Shown: positions 40,914 to 51,704 of the stretch, piece by piece
How positions within the stretch are numbered: position 1 is the first letter of the stretch
How the letters are laid out: the number at the start of each line of letters is the position of its first letter
Assembly (NCBI GenBank): GCA_944391015.1
Contig: CALXRZ010000003.1
Location: 1-60,870 of the forward strand
Reading direction: 5' to 3'
Source of the DNA: an uncultured Clostridia bacterium
GTDB taxonomy: Bacteria; Bacillota; Clostridia; TANB77; CAG-508
DNA: 60,870 bases
Position numbers and translations under genes: made by a program
Notes under the pieces: model-generated
What the model saw: only the letters and a program-made list of their open reading frames with translations
Told to the model about the DNA's origin: nothing
Databases searched by the model: none

Positions 40914-43316
40914 TTAAAATCTACTTTTCATTTTGTTTAATGTTTCATTCATATTACTTGAGAAACCATTTGATTTTTGATTATATGAATTAAATTTATT
41001 AGCTGGCCTATCATTGCTCAATAAAGGATACATCATATTTGTTAATCCTTCTAGGCTTGCCATAAAGTTTTTTGGATAACCTTTAGTAGATATTTCGCAA
41101 TTTACTAAACCGTCCAAATATCTTGAATATGCCTCTTGGTCAAATGGTATACTACAAAATTTTATATGGTCTTTATCAAAAAGCTCTGTCATATATGACA
41201 TTGATGGGTCATTGTATGATGACATTCCACCTATAATTACTCTATCTGTTATGCTTCTAACACGTAAAACTTTGTTTAATACTATTCTTAGTTTACTTGG
41301 TTCTAATATGTTTCTTGATTTTAAGTTTCTTAAAAATGCTGTTAGTGGTTGTATTGTCAATATATCATAGCTTTGTACTAAATATATTTCTTGTGCACAG
41401 TCAAAGTATGCATAACTTGTTTCGTAATCGCAATCCATTATAACTAAAGAATAATTTTTAGTTAGTGTAGTAAGTACATTTTGGTAATCTATAAAGTCTA
41501 CACTTCTATCTGGAAGAGTTGTAAATACTGTTAAATTTTTATTTACCTCTATTCCTTTAGCAACTCCATTTGATAGATTGTCTACACAATTAAAAGCTAC
41601 TTTTCTAAGTTCTTCGTCATTTTGTGTATAAATGTAGTAAGAATTTTTGTTTTGAGTTAAATCTAGTATTGCAGTTTTTATTCCACGTTGAGATAAAATT
41701 TCTGCTGTACTATTAACTAAAAACGATGTTCCGTTTTTTGAAGTTCCTACAAAAGCTACTAGCTTATTTGACATACTTAGTAAGCTCTTTAAATTTGTAT
41801 TATCTCTTGGCTCGTATTCTTTTTTTGGTTCAAGCTCTCTTGAAGTTGGAGCATAGCTGTTTTGATTATACATATTTTGATTTAAGTTAGGTGTTGTATT
41901 TGCATTTATGCTTGGTGCTTGATTTCCTAAGTTAAACAAATTTACTTCTTCATTACTACTATTATTTACCACTTTTGAATTTTGATTATTGTTTGGTTCA
42001 TCTTCTAAACCAGGCAATATAAGTTCTCCAGATGAACTATTATTATCGCTTTCATTTCCTAGACCAAATAAATTAACTTCCTCATCTGCTTTATTTGTTT
42101 CTTCTGGCTGTACCTTTTTAGGTCTTCCTCTTCCTCTTTTTGGAGTAGTAGCATCTTCTTGTGTAACTGTTTGAACTTTTTTAGGTCTTCCTCTTTTTTT
42201 CTTTTGAGGTTCTTCTGCACCATTTTTTTCTGATATATCTGTTTCTACTGATTGCAATATATTTTCAATTTCTGATTCGTCTAATTCATTTTTGTCAGCT
42301 ACTTCATCCGCTTTTTGCTCTACTGCTTTGTTTTGGTCTACTGCATTAACATTAAAATTTGCTAAAGGATTAACTTGTTGTTCACTTAAACTAGTTGTTT
42401 CTGCACCAGTTGTATTCTCAAATTTTCTTATTCCTACTGTTTTTGGTATAACTGCTGGTTTAGTTAATCCTGCTTTTCCTATATTTCTTTCTAGTACATC
42501 TATTTTTCCAGTAGGCTCTATGGTTTCTTTCTTCTTTTTAGCTTTTTCATAATCTTGATTTGGAACATATTTTTCTTTGTCCTTTTTACTTCTTCCCTGA
42601 CTTATACTTGGTGTTACTGTTCCAAATGTAATAAGTTCTTGATATTTTTGTGAACCTGCCTCTAATACTGCTTTTACATTAAGTGGCAAAAATTTACAAA
42701 TTACCCTTAATTGTGCATCAGTATATTGCTCTGCTATGTTGTCGAAACTTTTTATATATTCTTCTTCGTTTTTTCCTAATCTTTTATAGTGATTTAATAT
42801 GTTTTGAATTTCAACTTCGTTAACATCACCTTCACCCTCGGCTTTGTATTCTACATCATCAGATTCTATTCTGTAATAAATTTTAGCATCTTTTTTACTA
42901 CGTGGTTTATTGATAAGTGCACATACATTTGAAATAGTTCTATCTTGTCCAAGCAGTGCGTTATATATTCCTATTCCAAATAACTTAACTAATATGTTTT
43001 CAGATTTTGTTCTTCTATCTGCACAAATTAAAATAATTGGTATGTCTTGTCCATCATTTGATGTAGCTTCGTCACTTATACTATCAAGTCTTTCAAATAT
43101 AAATTTATCTATTACTCCATAATTATTATTTGCAAATGGTTCTACATCTTCACTTATAACGATTCTATCATAAGTTTTATCTTTTTGTAATTCTCTTGTT
43201 ATTGCGTCAAAATAGTATACATTTTTACTAGTAATTATTTCTTTATAATCTTGTTGATATTTTTTTATTATTGATTCCGAAATACTTTCATTATTAACGG
43301 CAAATAATATTTTCAT
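40914..43316 (-). CDS. Receiver-like N-terminus + AT-hook linker + degenerate MinD/ParA/CpaE-like ATPase
   Basis: KKKRGRPKK and PKRGRGRPKK; FVGTSKNGTS (altered Walker A), AILD, VIMDCD, IVLNK. Confidence 0.65.
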   Translation of the reverse strand: MKILFAVNNESISESIIKKYQQDYKEIITSKNVYYFDAITRELQKDKTYDRIVISEDVEPFANNNYGVIDKFIFERLDSISDEATSNDGQDIPIILICADRRTKSENILVKLFGIGIYNALLGQDRTISNVCALINKPRSKKDAKIYYRIESDDVEYKAEGEGDVNEVEIQNILNHYKRLGKNEEEYIKSFDNIAEQYTDAQLRVICKFLPLNVKAVLEAGSQKYQELITFGTVTPSISQGRSKKDKEKYVPNQDYEKAKKKKETIEPTGKIDVLERNIGKAGLTKPAVIPKTVGIRKFENTTGAETTSLSEQQVNPLANFNVNAVDQNKAVEQKADEVADKNELDESEIENILQSVETDISEKNGAEEPQKKKRGRPKKVQTVTQEDATTPKRGRGRPKKVQPEETNKADEEVNLFGLGNESDNNSSSGELILPGLEDEPNNNQNSKVVNNSSNEEVNLFNLGNQAPSINANTTPNLNQNMYNQNSYAPTSRELEPKKEYEPRDNTNLKSLLSMSNKLVAFVGTSKNGTSFLVNSTAEILSQRGIKTAILDLTQNKNSYYIYTQNDEELRKVAFNCVDNLSNGVAKGIEVNKNLTVFTTLPDRSVDFIDYQNVLTTLTKNYSLVIMDCDYETSYAYFDCAQEIYLVQSYDILTIQPLTAFLRNLKSRNILEPSKLRIVLNKVLRVRSITDRVIIGGMSSYNDPSMSYMTELFDKDHIKFCSIPFDQEAYSRYLDGLVNCEISTKGYPKNFMASLEGLTNMMYPLLSNDRPANKFNSYNQKSNGFSSNMNETLNKMKSRF

Positions 43317-43319
43317 TTG

Positions 43320-43745
43320 TTAACCCCTCCAGCCTTTTACAACTATTGCAAACACTAATGGTAAAACTTGACATATTACCATTACTGTTATAATTCCTAT
43401 CATAGCACCAAAACCTTTGTCTCTTACATCTAGCTTTCTTATTCCTATTATATATCTGTATATACCACTAATTGCAATTCCAACAAAGCCAAATGGTATA
43501 CTATATAACCTAATTATATTTAAAATATACGCAACTAATCCGTAAGTATTATCTCCATAAGATTCTTGATAATCTTGCAAAGTTTCTAACTCTTTATCTT
43601 TAATCTCAACCAAATTAACAGTTGCATCATTTTTTAAATCTGCACTATTTGTTGCAGTATTTAGATTTGTAGCTTTTGACATTACTGTAAATAAGCCTAA
43701 AGCAAGTATTACTACCATAATTATTGCTGCTATTTTTTTCTTCAT
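43320..43745 (-). CDS. Small membrane protein (signal peptide + 2 TM, loosely TrbC/VirB2 pilin-like topology)
   Basis: Hydrophobicity pattern; first gene of the operon, GGAGG RBS. Confidence 0.6.
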   Translation of the reverse strand: MKKKIAAIIMVVILALGLFTVMSKATNLNTATNSADLKNDATVNLVEIKDKELETLQDYQESYGDNTYGLVAYILNIIRLYSIPFGFVGIAISGIYRYIIGIRKLDVRDKGFGAMIGIITVMVICQVLPLVFAIVVKGWRG

Positions 43746-43845
43746 TATTTAGTATTTCCTCCTTATTTTCAATTACTATCTATTTTTTATTATATCAAAT
43801 CAGGGATTATAATATAATACAATTTTTAAAATATCAATAGAGTTT

Positions 43846-44736
43846 TTACAAATAATAATTTACCCAGTTCGAATATATTTTATCGCCATTTTCTTTCCAG
43901 CTAAAAACAGGCTTTTCTTCTGGATTATTATCTTGATAATAGTTCTCGGGCATATCTATTTTTAGTCCCTTAGCTAAATCTCTTTTATATTCTTTATCCA
44001 AAGTGTCTACTGCATATTCTAAGTGTCCTGTAATAAATAGTTGCCTTTTTTCTTTATTTTCTACAATAAACACACCAGCTTTATCAGACTCAGATACCAC
44101 TTCTAGCTGTGGTACTTTTTCTATATCTTCCTTATACACTGTTGTATGTCTTGAGTGAGGCGCTTTAAAGCCTTGTTCAAAACCAGATAATATTTTTGAA
44201 TTTTTATCATCTATTTTATGTTCAAACACCCCAAACATTTTATTTGGAATTAGATGCTTGTCTATTCCATAATGATAATATAACCCTGCTTGAGCCCCCC
44301 AGCATATGTGAAGTGTAGATTTTGCGTGGGTCTCTGACCAGCTCATTATTTTTTCAAGCTCTGTCCAATAATTTACTTCTTCAAATTCCATCTGTTCTAC
44401 AGGTGCACCAGTTATAATTAAGCCATCAAAATCTTTATTTTTTATTTCTTCAAATGTAGAATAAAACCTTTGCATATGTTCTGGCGCCGTTGTTTTGCTT
44501 ATGTATGATGAAACTTTTACAAATGTTATTTTTATGCTTTTCCCTGAAGCCCATAACTTTCGTAATAATTGTAATTCTGTATCCTCTTTTAGAGGCATTA
44601 AATTTAAAATTGCAATTTCTAAAATTTTTTCATTTTTTTCTATAGAATTTGCGTTTTCTAGTTCTCCTAGAATTTGTATTTTTTCCTTTCGTAAAATTTC
44701 GTTTACAGGTAAACCTGCTTTTGTATAAATTGGCAT
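43846..44736 (-). CDS. metA: Homoserine O-acyltransferase MetA
   Basis: ILNLMP.K..TE.Q, ITGAPVE, ICWGAQA, PHSRH, GHLEY. Confidence 0.95.
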   Translation of the reverse strand: MPIYTKAGLPVNEILRKEKIQILGELENANSIEKNEKILEIAILNLMPLKEDTELQLLRKLWASGKSIKITFVKVSSYISKTTAPEHMQRFYSTFEEIKNKDFDGLIITGAPVEQMEFEEVNYWTELEKIMSWSETHAKSTLHICWGAQAGLYYHYGIDKHLIPNKMFGVFEHKIDDKNSKILSGFEQGFKAPHSRHTTVYKEDIEKVPQLEVVSESDKAGVFIVENKEKRQLFITGHLEYAVDTLDKEYKRDLAKGLKIDMPENYYQDNNPEEKPVFSWKENGDKIYSNWVNYYL

Positions 44737-44909
44737 TTCTATCACCATTATTAAATTGTACCAAAAGCATATAATTATATACTTTTACTCAAATATTGTA
44801 TCATTTGTATAAAAATAAATCAAGGAAAATTTGTAATATTTTTTATTTGTTACCAAAAATAGAGTAGTAACCTCATTTGAAGTATACTACCCTATTTAAT
44901 GCTAGGACT

Positions 44910-45590
44910 TTACTCGATATTGCGACAACAATGAGAAATTATACGTTCAGCAGAACCATCACCATTCTCACGGTTGTACGCATAGGTTATTAGCACATTT
45001 CTTGACAGATTAACTTTCATTACTCTGCCGTTGATTACGTCGAAATATGAACCCTCTTTCAAGAGTTCTTTTGCCTCTTCAACGCTCATAGGCGAGGGGT
45101 CATAGTCTAAGACTCCTGCTCCCGTGGGATGCGAATAATTATAGAGTGCCGACAGTACTTCTGCTTTGTCTTTGTTAGAAATGTCAACAACATCTCTTGA
45201 TATTACTGTCACTCCATATTCGCCATCGTTCACAATAGGAGGTAAAGACTCTCCAAAAGCATTGTCAAAATTTTCACGGAATTCTTGCGAAAATTCTTGA
45301 CTTGCTAATTCATCCACAATTAGTGGAAAATAATTCATATAAATTGCGAGTCTATACCTTTCGTTTTTAAGTTTCATCGAAAAGTACTTTCCACAATATT
45401 CTTCCTCGCTTGCTAAGAGCGCCTCCATAACTTCTATTGTGTACGAAACCAAACCTCTAGGAGTAATTTGATTCGGCAAAATTCCGACAAGGAATTCGCA
45501 CAAATCATACAATTCACTAGGAACAATTTTTACCTTCCGAGCTTCGTGAAGCTTGGAAGTATTTATAGTCATACTGCTTGTTATTGTCAT
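44910..45590 (-). CDS. Hypothetical two-domain protein, GC-richer than its neighbours
   Basis: 226-aa ORF, AGGAGG RBS, own TTGAAA-17-TATAAT promoter and terminator hairpin. Confidence 0.75.
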   Translation of the reverse strand: MTITSSMTINTSKLHEARKVKIVPSELYDLCEFLVGILPNQITPRGLVSYTIEVMEALLASEEEYCGKYFSMKLKNERYRLAIYMNYFPLIVDELASQEFSQEFRENFDNAFGESLPPIVNDGEYGVTVISRDVVDISNKDKAEVLSALYNYSHPTGAGVLDYDPSPMSVEEAKELLKEGSYFDVINGRVMKVNLSRNVLITYAYNRENGDGSAERIISHCCRNIE

Positions 45591-45819
45591 CGCTATCCCT
45601 CCTGAAAGTAATGTTGCACTTTTATCCTAGCATCTTATAAAACAACACTACGGTATTTAATATTATACTATATTTTACATAATTTTTCAAGATATAATTA
45701 GATTTTAATAATTAGATAAAAATATTAGGATTACAAATTGTTTTTATTTACATAAAAAAATGTTAAAATCGCTACGATTTAGTATTTTCAACTATTGTAG
45801 CGATTTTGCGTTTTTTATT

Positions 45820-45902
45820 TGGTACCGATGGTGGGACTCGAACCCACATGGTTTCCCGCCAGATTTTGAGTCTGGTGCGTCTGCCAGTTCCGCCACATCG
45901 GC
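45820..45902 (-). tRNA. tRNA-Leu (anticodon CAA)
   Basis: GCCGATGTGGCGGAACTGGCAGACGC..ccaga-ctCAAaa-tctgg, long variable arm, GGTTCGAGT, CCA. Confidence 0.96.
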
Positions 45903-46100
45903 ATTTTATAGGTTGCTTTTGCAATTTATTATTAGCACTTTTATATAATAGCAAAAAAAAATAACTTTTGCAAGTATTTGTAAAAATATTTTTTTCGTTT
46001 AGACTAGATTCTATGTTTTATACAAAATAATATGATAAAATTTAAAGTAATATGTATAGTCAACCAATTAAAAAGAACTAGAATTTAACGCACTTATACA

Positions 46101-46139
46101 AAACACAGTGGAATTTCGTTTTGAACTCCACTGTGTTTT
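46101..46139 (-). terminator. Terminator of ppaC
   Basis: aaaacacagtgga...tccactgtgtttt. Confidence 0.7.
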
Positions 46140-46147
46140 AATAAACA

Positions 46148-47074
46148 TTATTTTAAATTATCTAAGATTGGTGGTAAAATTTGTTTCTTTCTTGATACCA
46201 CATTTTCAAGCATTGCTGTATGATTATCAACTGGCACACCAAATGCTTTTTCTACAACTCCAGCATCATTTCCCAAAGATATAATTTTTGAGTTTGAGTT
46301 AATTATATCTGTTGCTGCAAATACATAAAAGTCTAAGTTTTCTTTTTGTATATCTTCATTTATAGCTTGTTCAAAATATGCTTGATTTTTAAATATAGAG
46401 TCTAAATCTGCTGTGTTTACTTGTGCTATTCTAAATTTTTTATTTGATTGCTCAAATAACTTTGAATCTATATTTATAACTTGTTCTGGAGTATATTCAC
46501 TAATGTCTGTTCCTGCTTTTAACATATCTACACCAAAATCATTTATGTTTAAACCAGATATTTTTTCTAGTTCTTTTACTGCTTTTCTATCATCATCAGT
46601 TGTTGTTGGTGATTTTAATACTAGTGTATCTGATGCTATAGCACTAAGCATTAGTATTGCTATGTTTTTGTCAATTTCTATATCATTTTCTTTATACATT
46701 TTGAATAAAACTGTTTGCGTACAACCAACAGGCTCTGTTCTATAGTATAATTGATATGGTGCAACGAAATTCATTGTATGGTGGTCTACAACTTTTAGTA
46801 TTTTTGAATTAGCAATATTGTTAACACATTGTGTTGCTTCATTATGGTCTACTAATATAACTTCTTGACCATCTTCAACATCTTCTATTAGGTCTGGTGC
46901 TTCCATTCCAAGATAGTTTAATACAAATTGTGTTTCTTTATTTACATTACCTGTTCTAACTGCTTTTACGTTTTCGTGTCCCAATTTTTTTTCAAAATTT
47001 TCCATTACTATAGCTGATGTAATTGAGTCTGTGTCTGGATTTTTGTGTCCGAATATTAAAACATTTTTACTCAT
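46148..47074 (-). CDS. ppaC: Mn-dependent inorganic pyrophosphatase (family II)
   Basis: GHKNPDTDS, LVDHNE, DHH, EPVGCT, SDTL, VSRKKQ. Confidence 0.96.
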   Translation of the reverse strand: MSKNVLIFGHKNPDTDSITSAIVMENFEKKLGHENVKAVRTGNVNKETQFVLNYLGMEAPDLIEDVEDGQEVILVDHNEATQCVNNIANSKILKVVDHHTMNFVAPYQLYYRTEPVGCTQTVLFKMYKENDIEIDKNIAILMLSAIASDTLVLKSPTTTDDDRKAVKELEKISGLNINDFGVDMLKAGTDISEYTPEQVINIDSKLFEQSNKKFRIAQVNTADLDSIFKNQAYFEQAINEDIQKENLDFYVFAATDIINSNSKIISLGNDAGVVEKAFGVPVDNHTAMLENVVSRKKQILPPILDNLK

Positions 47075-47235
47075 ATAAATTTCATTCCTTTCTTTCCACT
47101 TTTGAATATTACAAGTTGTATTAGTTTAGAATAGGTTGGGCTTTTTTGTCTCCAACCTAAAATCTCTCATCGACTTTTTAATTATAACATAAAATGGAAA
47201 AATAGTCAAATTTTATGTTATGTCAACTTGTTTTG

Positions 47236-48555
47236 TTATGTTGACTTGTTTTGGCGTGTTTTTCTTCTTACTATTATAATTATTATTCCAACTAAAATTA
47301 TCGCTATTACTATCGTTATTATTATTGCGATTTTACTTCCATCTTCTTTTTCGTTTTTTTCTTGAGTATTTGCACTTTCTATGCTTTCTTGCTTTAATAA
47401 TTGATTTACTTCTTCATTATTTTCTTCTACTGTTTCCTCATAAGCTCTTTCCTCTTCTTTATTTCTTTTATATGCTTCTATGATATATTTTTTCTTTGTT
47501 ATTCCATCTCTTGCAGTTACAGTAACAACAATTGTATTACTTCCATATTTTAATTCATTGTTTCCCTCTATTTTCACTTTTGCACTACTATCTTCTGCTA
47601 TTGCTAGTATATTTAGCAAATTTTCTGTATCTTTCACTTCTACATAATAATTTGTTATATTATTTTGAAATTCCGGCTCTAAAGTATAATTTTCTATTGC
47701 CAATGTTTCTAAATTAGTATTAGCTGTGCTTACGTTATTTGTTTTAGTAACGTATATAGTATATGTTTTGCTATTTTCGTTTAAGCTTACTGTAATTTTA
47801 ATTGTATTTAGCCCGTTTTTTAAATTTTTATTTCCCGAAATAACAACTTCTGCTTTTTTACTAACTGGTATTGCAGTAATGTCTATGTTATTTACTTTTT
47901 CGCTTACAACTAAATAATACTCCGATATTTCTGCATTAAAATCTGGTGTAATTCCCTCATAATTTGTTCTCATTATACCTAAATTCAAGCTATTATCATC
48001 ATTTTGCACTTCTGCTAGTAAATCTGCATCCTCTTGTGTGTCCGTTTGAGAACTGTTTTCTTCTTGATTTTCTAACATAGAACTGTTTTCTGACATTAAA
48101 GTTGCATCACTTATTTTAACATCAATACTGTTTCCTTGAAGAGTTAATTGCTCACCTGTTTCACTATAAAATTCACCTGTTACAGTAAAAGTTGCTATTC
48201 CATTTTGTTTAGGCATAAACTCTAATTCTAGTAAGTTATTCAGATTTTTATCTTTTCCATCACTAGAATACCAAGTATATTTTATTCTATTATCTTTAAT
48301 ACTAATATTATCCATTTGAGATATGCACTCTGCTTTGTCTTTTTCGTAATATATCCACAGAGTATATGCTGCAATATTAGCACCATTTGTGCTTATTGAT
48401 ACAGTAAAATTTTCATTATTTTGCACATTACTTTTACTACTATTTATTAAAATTTTTGAAGAATTTTCGGTAGCATTTACAGTAATTTTTAATGTGCAGT
48501 ACAGTATTAAAATGCAAATTAGTATTAAACTTAAAATTTTTCTTTGTGTTTTCAT
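47236..48555 (-). CDS. Membrane-anchored cohesin-like + 2 cadherin-like beta-sandwich protein
   Basis: Signal peptide; cohesin-like FTVSI..AAY...IYY; repeats P.F.....Y..GN..LK.G.NTI..TV; C-terminal TM + basic tail; start uncertain. Confidence 0.75.
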   Translation of the reverse strand: MKTQRKILSLILICILILYCTLKITVNATENSSKILINSSKSNVQNNENFTVSISTNGANIAAYTLWIYYEKDKAECISQMDNISIKDNRIKYTWYSSDGKDKNLNNLLELEFMPKQNGIATFTVTGEFYSETGEQLTLQGNSIDVKISDATLMSENSSMLENQEENSSQTDTQEDADLLAEVQNDDNSLNLGIMRTNYEGITPDFNAEISEYYLVVSEKVNNIDITAIPVSKKAEVVISGNKNLKNGLNTIKITVSLNENSKTYTIYVTKTNNVSTANTNLETLAIENYTLEPEFQNNITNYYVEVKDTENLLNILAIAEDSSAKVKIEGNNELKYGSNTIVVTVTARDGITKKKYIIEAYKRNKEEERAYEETVEENNEEVNQLLKQESIESANTQEKNEKEDGSKIAIIITIVIAIILVGIIIIIVRRKTRQNKST

Positions 48556-48648
48556 ATATTTATTATGCTGAGTTTCCCCTTTCCTTAATTTATATGTCTT
48601 TTTGCGTATTAGCACTTTTTTTCTGCTTAATTTTTTATTCGAGCAATA

Positions 48649-50946
48649 TTATTTTTGCTCTATATTTTGCAATCCTAATATATGCCTTTGGATTAGCAAA
48701 CAATCCACAGAACTTGGCTCTTTACCATTTTTTCTAACATTACCAGCTTTTACATATATATTACCAAGCTTTTCTATTTCAAGTATATGCCTTTGTAGTA
48801 CTAACAAATCTATACTGTTTATTTTTCCATCTCCGTTTACATCTCCATACATTATCAATGTATATTCAATTACTACAGAATTATTGTCTATTATTTTTAT
48901 TGTGCTACCTGTTCCCACCAAGGAACTTCCAGTAATTTTTTCTCCATTTTTATTATAAATTTCTATAGAGTAATTTGTTTGAATTTTATTTAGCAGATTA
49001 TCTACAGTATTGTTTTTGTTTGCTAAACCTGTAATTTCATTTCCAACTATTTGTAAGTCTTGGTCAAATACAATTTCTCCATCTTGCAATTTTCTTGTAA
49101 CTGTAACTTTTATTGTTTTAGATATATTTCCCTCTTCAGAACTTACTACTATATTAGTGTTTCCTTCCGAAATTCCTATTATTGTTCCAGCTTCATTTAC
49201 TTTTGCAATTCCGTCATCTTCTGATTTATAGTTTATCTTTTTGTTATCTGCATCTTCTGGTAATACCTCTGCATCTATTGTAAAGCTTCCCTCTACTTGA
49301 ATTACTACATTATCTGTGCTAAGTAGTATGTCAGTTACTGGGCTATATACAGTTATGTTTATACTACTACTTACTCCATTACTTGTTTTAGCTGTGATGG
49401 TGGCTTTTCCAGAACTAATTCCAGTTATTTTTCCACTTGAACTTACTATAGCTACATTCGTGTTGTTAGAACTATAGTTTAGCTTTTTGTCGACTGCATC
49501 TTCTGGAAGCACTTTAGCATTTAGTTGAATTATTTCTCCCTTGTTTATTGTAGTTCTGTCTAACGAAAGTTCTATTTTTTGAGCTTGGATATCTGGCACC
49601 TCTTCTACATAAGTTTGAAATACATAGCCAACCAATCCGTTTTCTAATTTTACTCTATCCCATAACTCACCTTTTTGTTTTCCTTTTGCAATTCTTGTCA
49701 TCTGCGTACCTGCTGGTACAGTTGTTAAGCTTTCGTACGATGTTCCCGGTCCACACCTAACATTTAGGCTAGTTTCAACATTTGCATACACTTTTGTATT
49801 ATCTGAAGAAAAGTCACTAGAAGAAATAGCTGGGCTTGTACAAGGTAAATCAGGCATATTTTCATATATTGGAATTACAAAAGACATTGCATTACCTAAC
49901 ATATCGCTATTTGCATAGCCTGTATAAATTATTTTTGACTCACTATATGGTGCTAAAACATTTGTCATATACTGATGCCAAAAAAGTTCATCACTTTCTG
50001 TATCATACACGTGGAACTTTTGAAGGTAAATTGAGTCTTGCCCCGAATTTATATAGCTAGAGCCAATAAAAATTGCCCCACCAGTAATTGCTCTTTCTTT
50101 TGTATTCCAAGGGATTAAGTACTTTTTCTTAGTAGCTTCACTTGCACCTTTGCCATCTTTTGCATATTGAAGACCATTTTTTATTGCTCCCATTGGCTCT
50201 GATGAACTAGTAGCACCAATGTTGTAGAAGTTGTACAAGCCCTCAAAGCCACTTACAGTACCACTTATGGAGCTATGTGACAAAAAAGGGCCCACTTCTT
50301 GTTTTATTCTTGATGCTAAATGGAAACTGCTTACACCAGAGGTTTTTGCTGCAGATAGTATTAAATCTGAGTATTTTTTATCGGTTACTATGTTGGTGCC
50401 ACTGGAATTTTTGTATTCAACAACTCTGTTGTAAAATTCTGTGCCATACAGTATTTTTTCTATGCTTGCTACATTATTTGTAGAGGCATTATATGATAAT
50501 TCCTCAAACTGAAAAACTCTTACGTAATTTAAAAAGTTTCTAGGGTCCATCGCATATTCTACAGCAGTTTTAGATGAATCGACCCAGCCACTATCAACCT
50601 CTACATTATACTCGCCTGGTTTTGTATTCTTCCAACTGTCAGAATAAGATTTAGGAACTAGATTTTTGCCAAAAACATTTTCATTTTCTATAACATAATC
50701 CCAGTCCAAATTGGTATATAGTGCCTTAAACTCCCAGTTAGGATACTTCTTTTTTAGTTCGTCAATATATGGCTGGTATTCTTCCGGAAAATCATTTGAC
50801 AAATACATTTGTCTGGTAAGTTGGTTATTTTTTTCTGCTTGCTTTTCACTATCTGCTTCATTAAGCTCAAATATGTTAAACATAACAATAAAAGCTACTA
50901 TAAAGCCAGCTATAATCGATATAATAATTAGCTTTCTTTTGCTCAT
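48649..50946 (-). CDS. Peptidoglycan hydrolase (glucosaminidase/lysozyme-like) with SH3b, 2x Big_2 and C-terminal dockerin
   Basis: MDPRNFL, SRIKQE, YNFYNIGA, YLQKF, HQYMTNV; LNVR.GP; GDVNGDGKINSIDLLVLQRHIL dockerin repeat. Confidence 0.85.
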   Translation of the reverse strand: MSKRKLIIISIIAGFIVAFIVMFNIFELNEADSEKQAEKNNQLTRQMYLSNDFPEEYQPYIDELKKKYPNWEFKALYTNLDWDYVIENENVFGKNLVPKSYSDSWKNTKPGEYNVEVDSGWVDSSKTAVEYAMDPRNFLNYVRVFQFEELSYNASTNNVASIEKILYGTEFYNRVVEYKNSSGTNIVTDKKYSDLILSAAKTSGVSSFHLASRIKQEVGPFLSHSSISGTVSGFEGLYNFYNIGATSSSEPMGAIKNGLQYAKDGKGASEATKKKYLIPWNTKERAITGGAIFIGSSYINSGQDSIYLQKFHVYDTESDELFWHQYMTNVLAPYSESKIIYTGYANSDMLGNAMSFVIPIYENMPDLPCTSPAISSSDFSSDNTKVYANVETSLNVRCGPGTSYESLTTVPAGTQMTRIAKGKQKGELWDRVKLENGLVGYVFQTYVEEVPDIQAQKIELSLDRTTINKGEIIQLNAKVLPEDAVDKKLNYSSNNTNVAIVSSSGKITGISSGKATITAKTSNGVSSSINITVYSPVTDILLSTDNVVIQVEGSFTIDAEVLPEDADNKKINYKSEDDGIAKVNEAGTIIGISEGNTNIVVSSEEGNISKTIKVTVTRKLQDGEIVFDQDLQIVGNEITGLANKNNTVDNLLNKIQTNYSIEIYNKNGEKITGSSLVGTGSTIKIIDNNSVVIEYTLIMYGDVNGDGKINSIDLLVLQRHILEIEKLGNIYVKAGNVRKNGKEPSSVDCLLIQRHILGLQNIEQK

Positions 50947-50964
50947 ATTCACCTCCCTCCTACA

Positions 50965-51633
50965 TCATACGGCTTTTGCTTTTACTATAATTCTTTTGCT
51001 TGAATAGTCACTACAGGTTATTAAGGTAATTTCTGTTTTTCCATTAGTGTTTTGTAAAAGAGCTTCTGTATTAGTAGGCACTGCTTTATATATATCGTAA
51101 ACTTTATACTCTACTTTTCCGTTTTTATTATCAGCTAAATATATTGTGTCACCTATTTCCAATTCTATTAAATGGTTAAACATATTTTCCTTGTCATAAT
51201 TGTGAGCAGCAATGCAGTAATTTCCTACCTCATTTGGCTCAGGTCCATAGTATTTTGTAGGACATATCCACATTGCCTCATCACTTTTTTCATCTAATAC
51301 ATATGTTTCCAAGTCGACTTTTGGTATATATAATTTTGCCGATACAATATAGCCCTTATATGTTTCAGGCAAGTTTACTTTTTCTTTAGATATTTCTACT
51401 TTCTGCTTATCTTTGTTATTTTCTATCAAATTATTTGTGTCATTTATATTTACTCTTGCTTCGTCTTTGTTAGTTTTTCCTATCAAAAAATCGACTATGC
51501 TAAGCTCACTTTTTTTAGCTTTATTTCCAGGTGTATCACTAATTTTGGCCTCTTTATAAATACCATATGCTGTGTTTCCTATTATTATAGAAATAATAAA
51601 AATGATTAGTATTTTTAAAATTTTCTTTATCAT
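50965..51633 (-). CDS. Sortase
   Basis: N-terminal TM, GNYCIAAHN, ITLITC, downstream R. Confidence 0.9.
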   Translation of the reverse strand: MIKKILKILIIFIISIIIGNTAYGIYKEAKISDTPGNKAKKSELSIVDFLIGKTNKDEARVNINDTNNLIENNKDKQKVEISKEKVNLPETYKGYIVSAKLYIPKVDLETYVLDEKSDEAMWICPTKYYGPEPNEVGNYCIAAHNYDKENMFNHLIELEIGDTIYLADNKNGKVEYKVYDIYKAVPTNTEALLQNTNGKTEITLITCSDYSSKRIIVKAKAV

Positions 51634-51704
51634 TTTAACTTTTATCCTTTATAGTTTTTCCAAATTATTCACTTCTCTATAATTTATTCTTTAAGTTTTT
51701 AGGA

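Noticed and set aside
44737-44909. SAM or T-box riboswitch upstream of metA
   Set aside because: Short AT-rich spacer lacking the conserved motifs; the only hairpin is the upstream gene's terminator
45760-45954. ORFs 45760-45948 (+) and 45772-45954 (-)
   Set aside because: They overlap tRNA-Leu and are spurious
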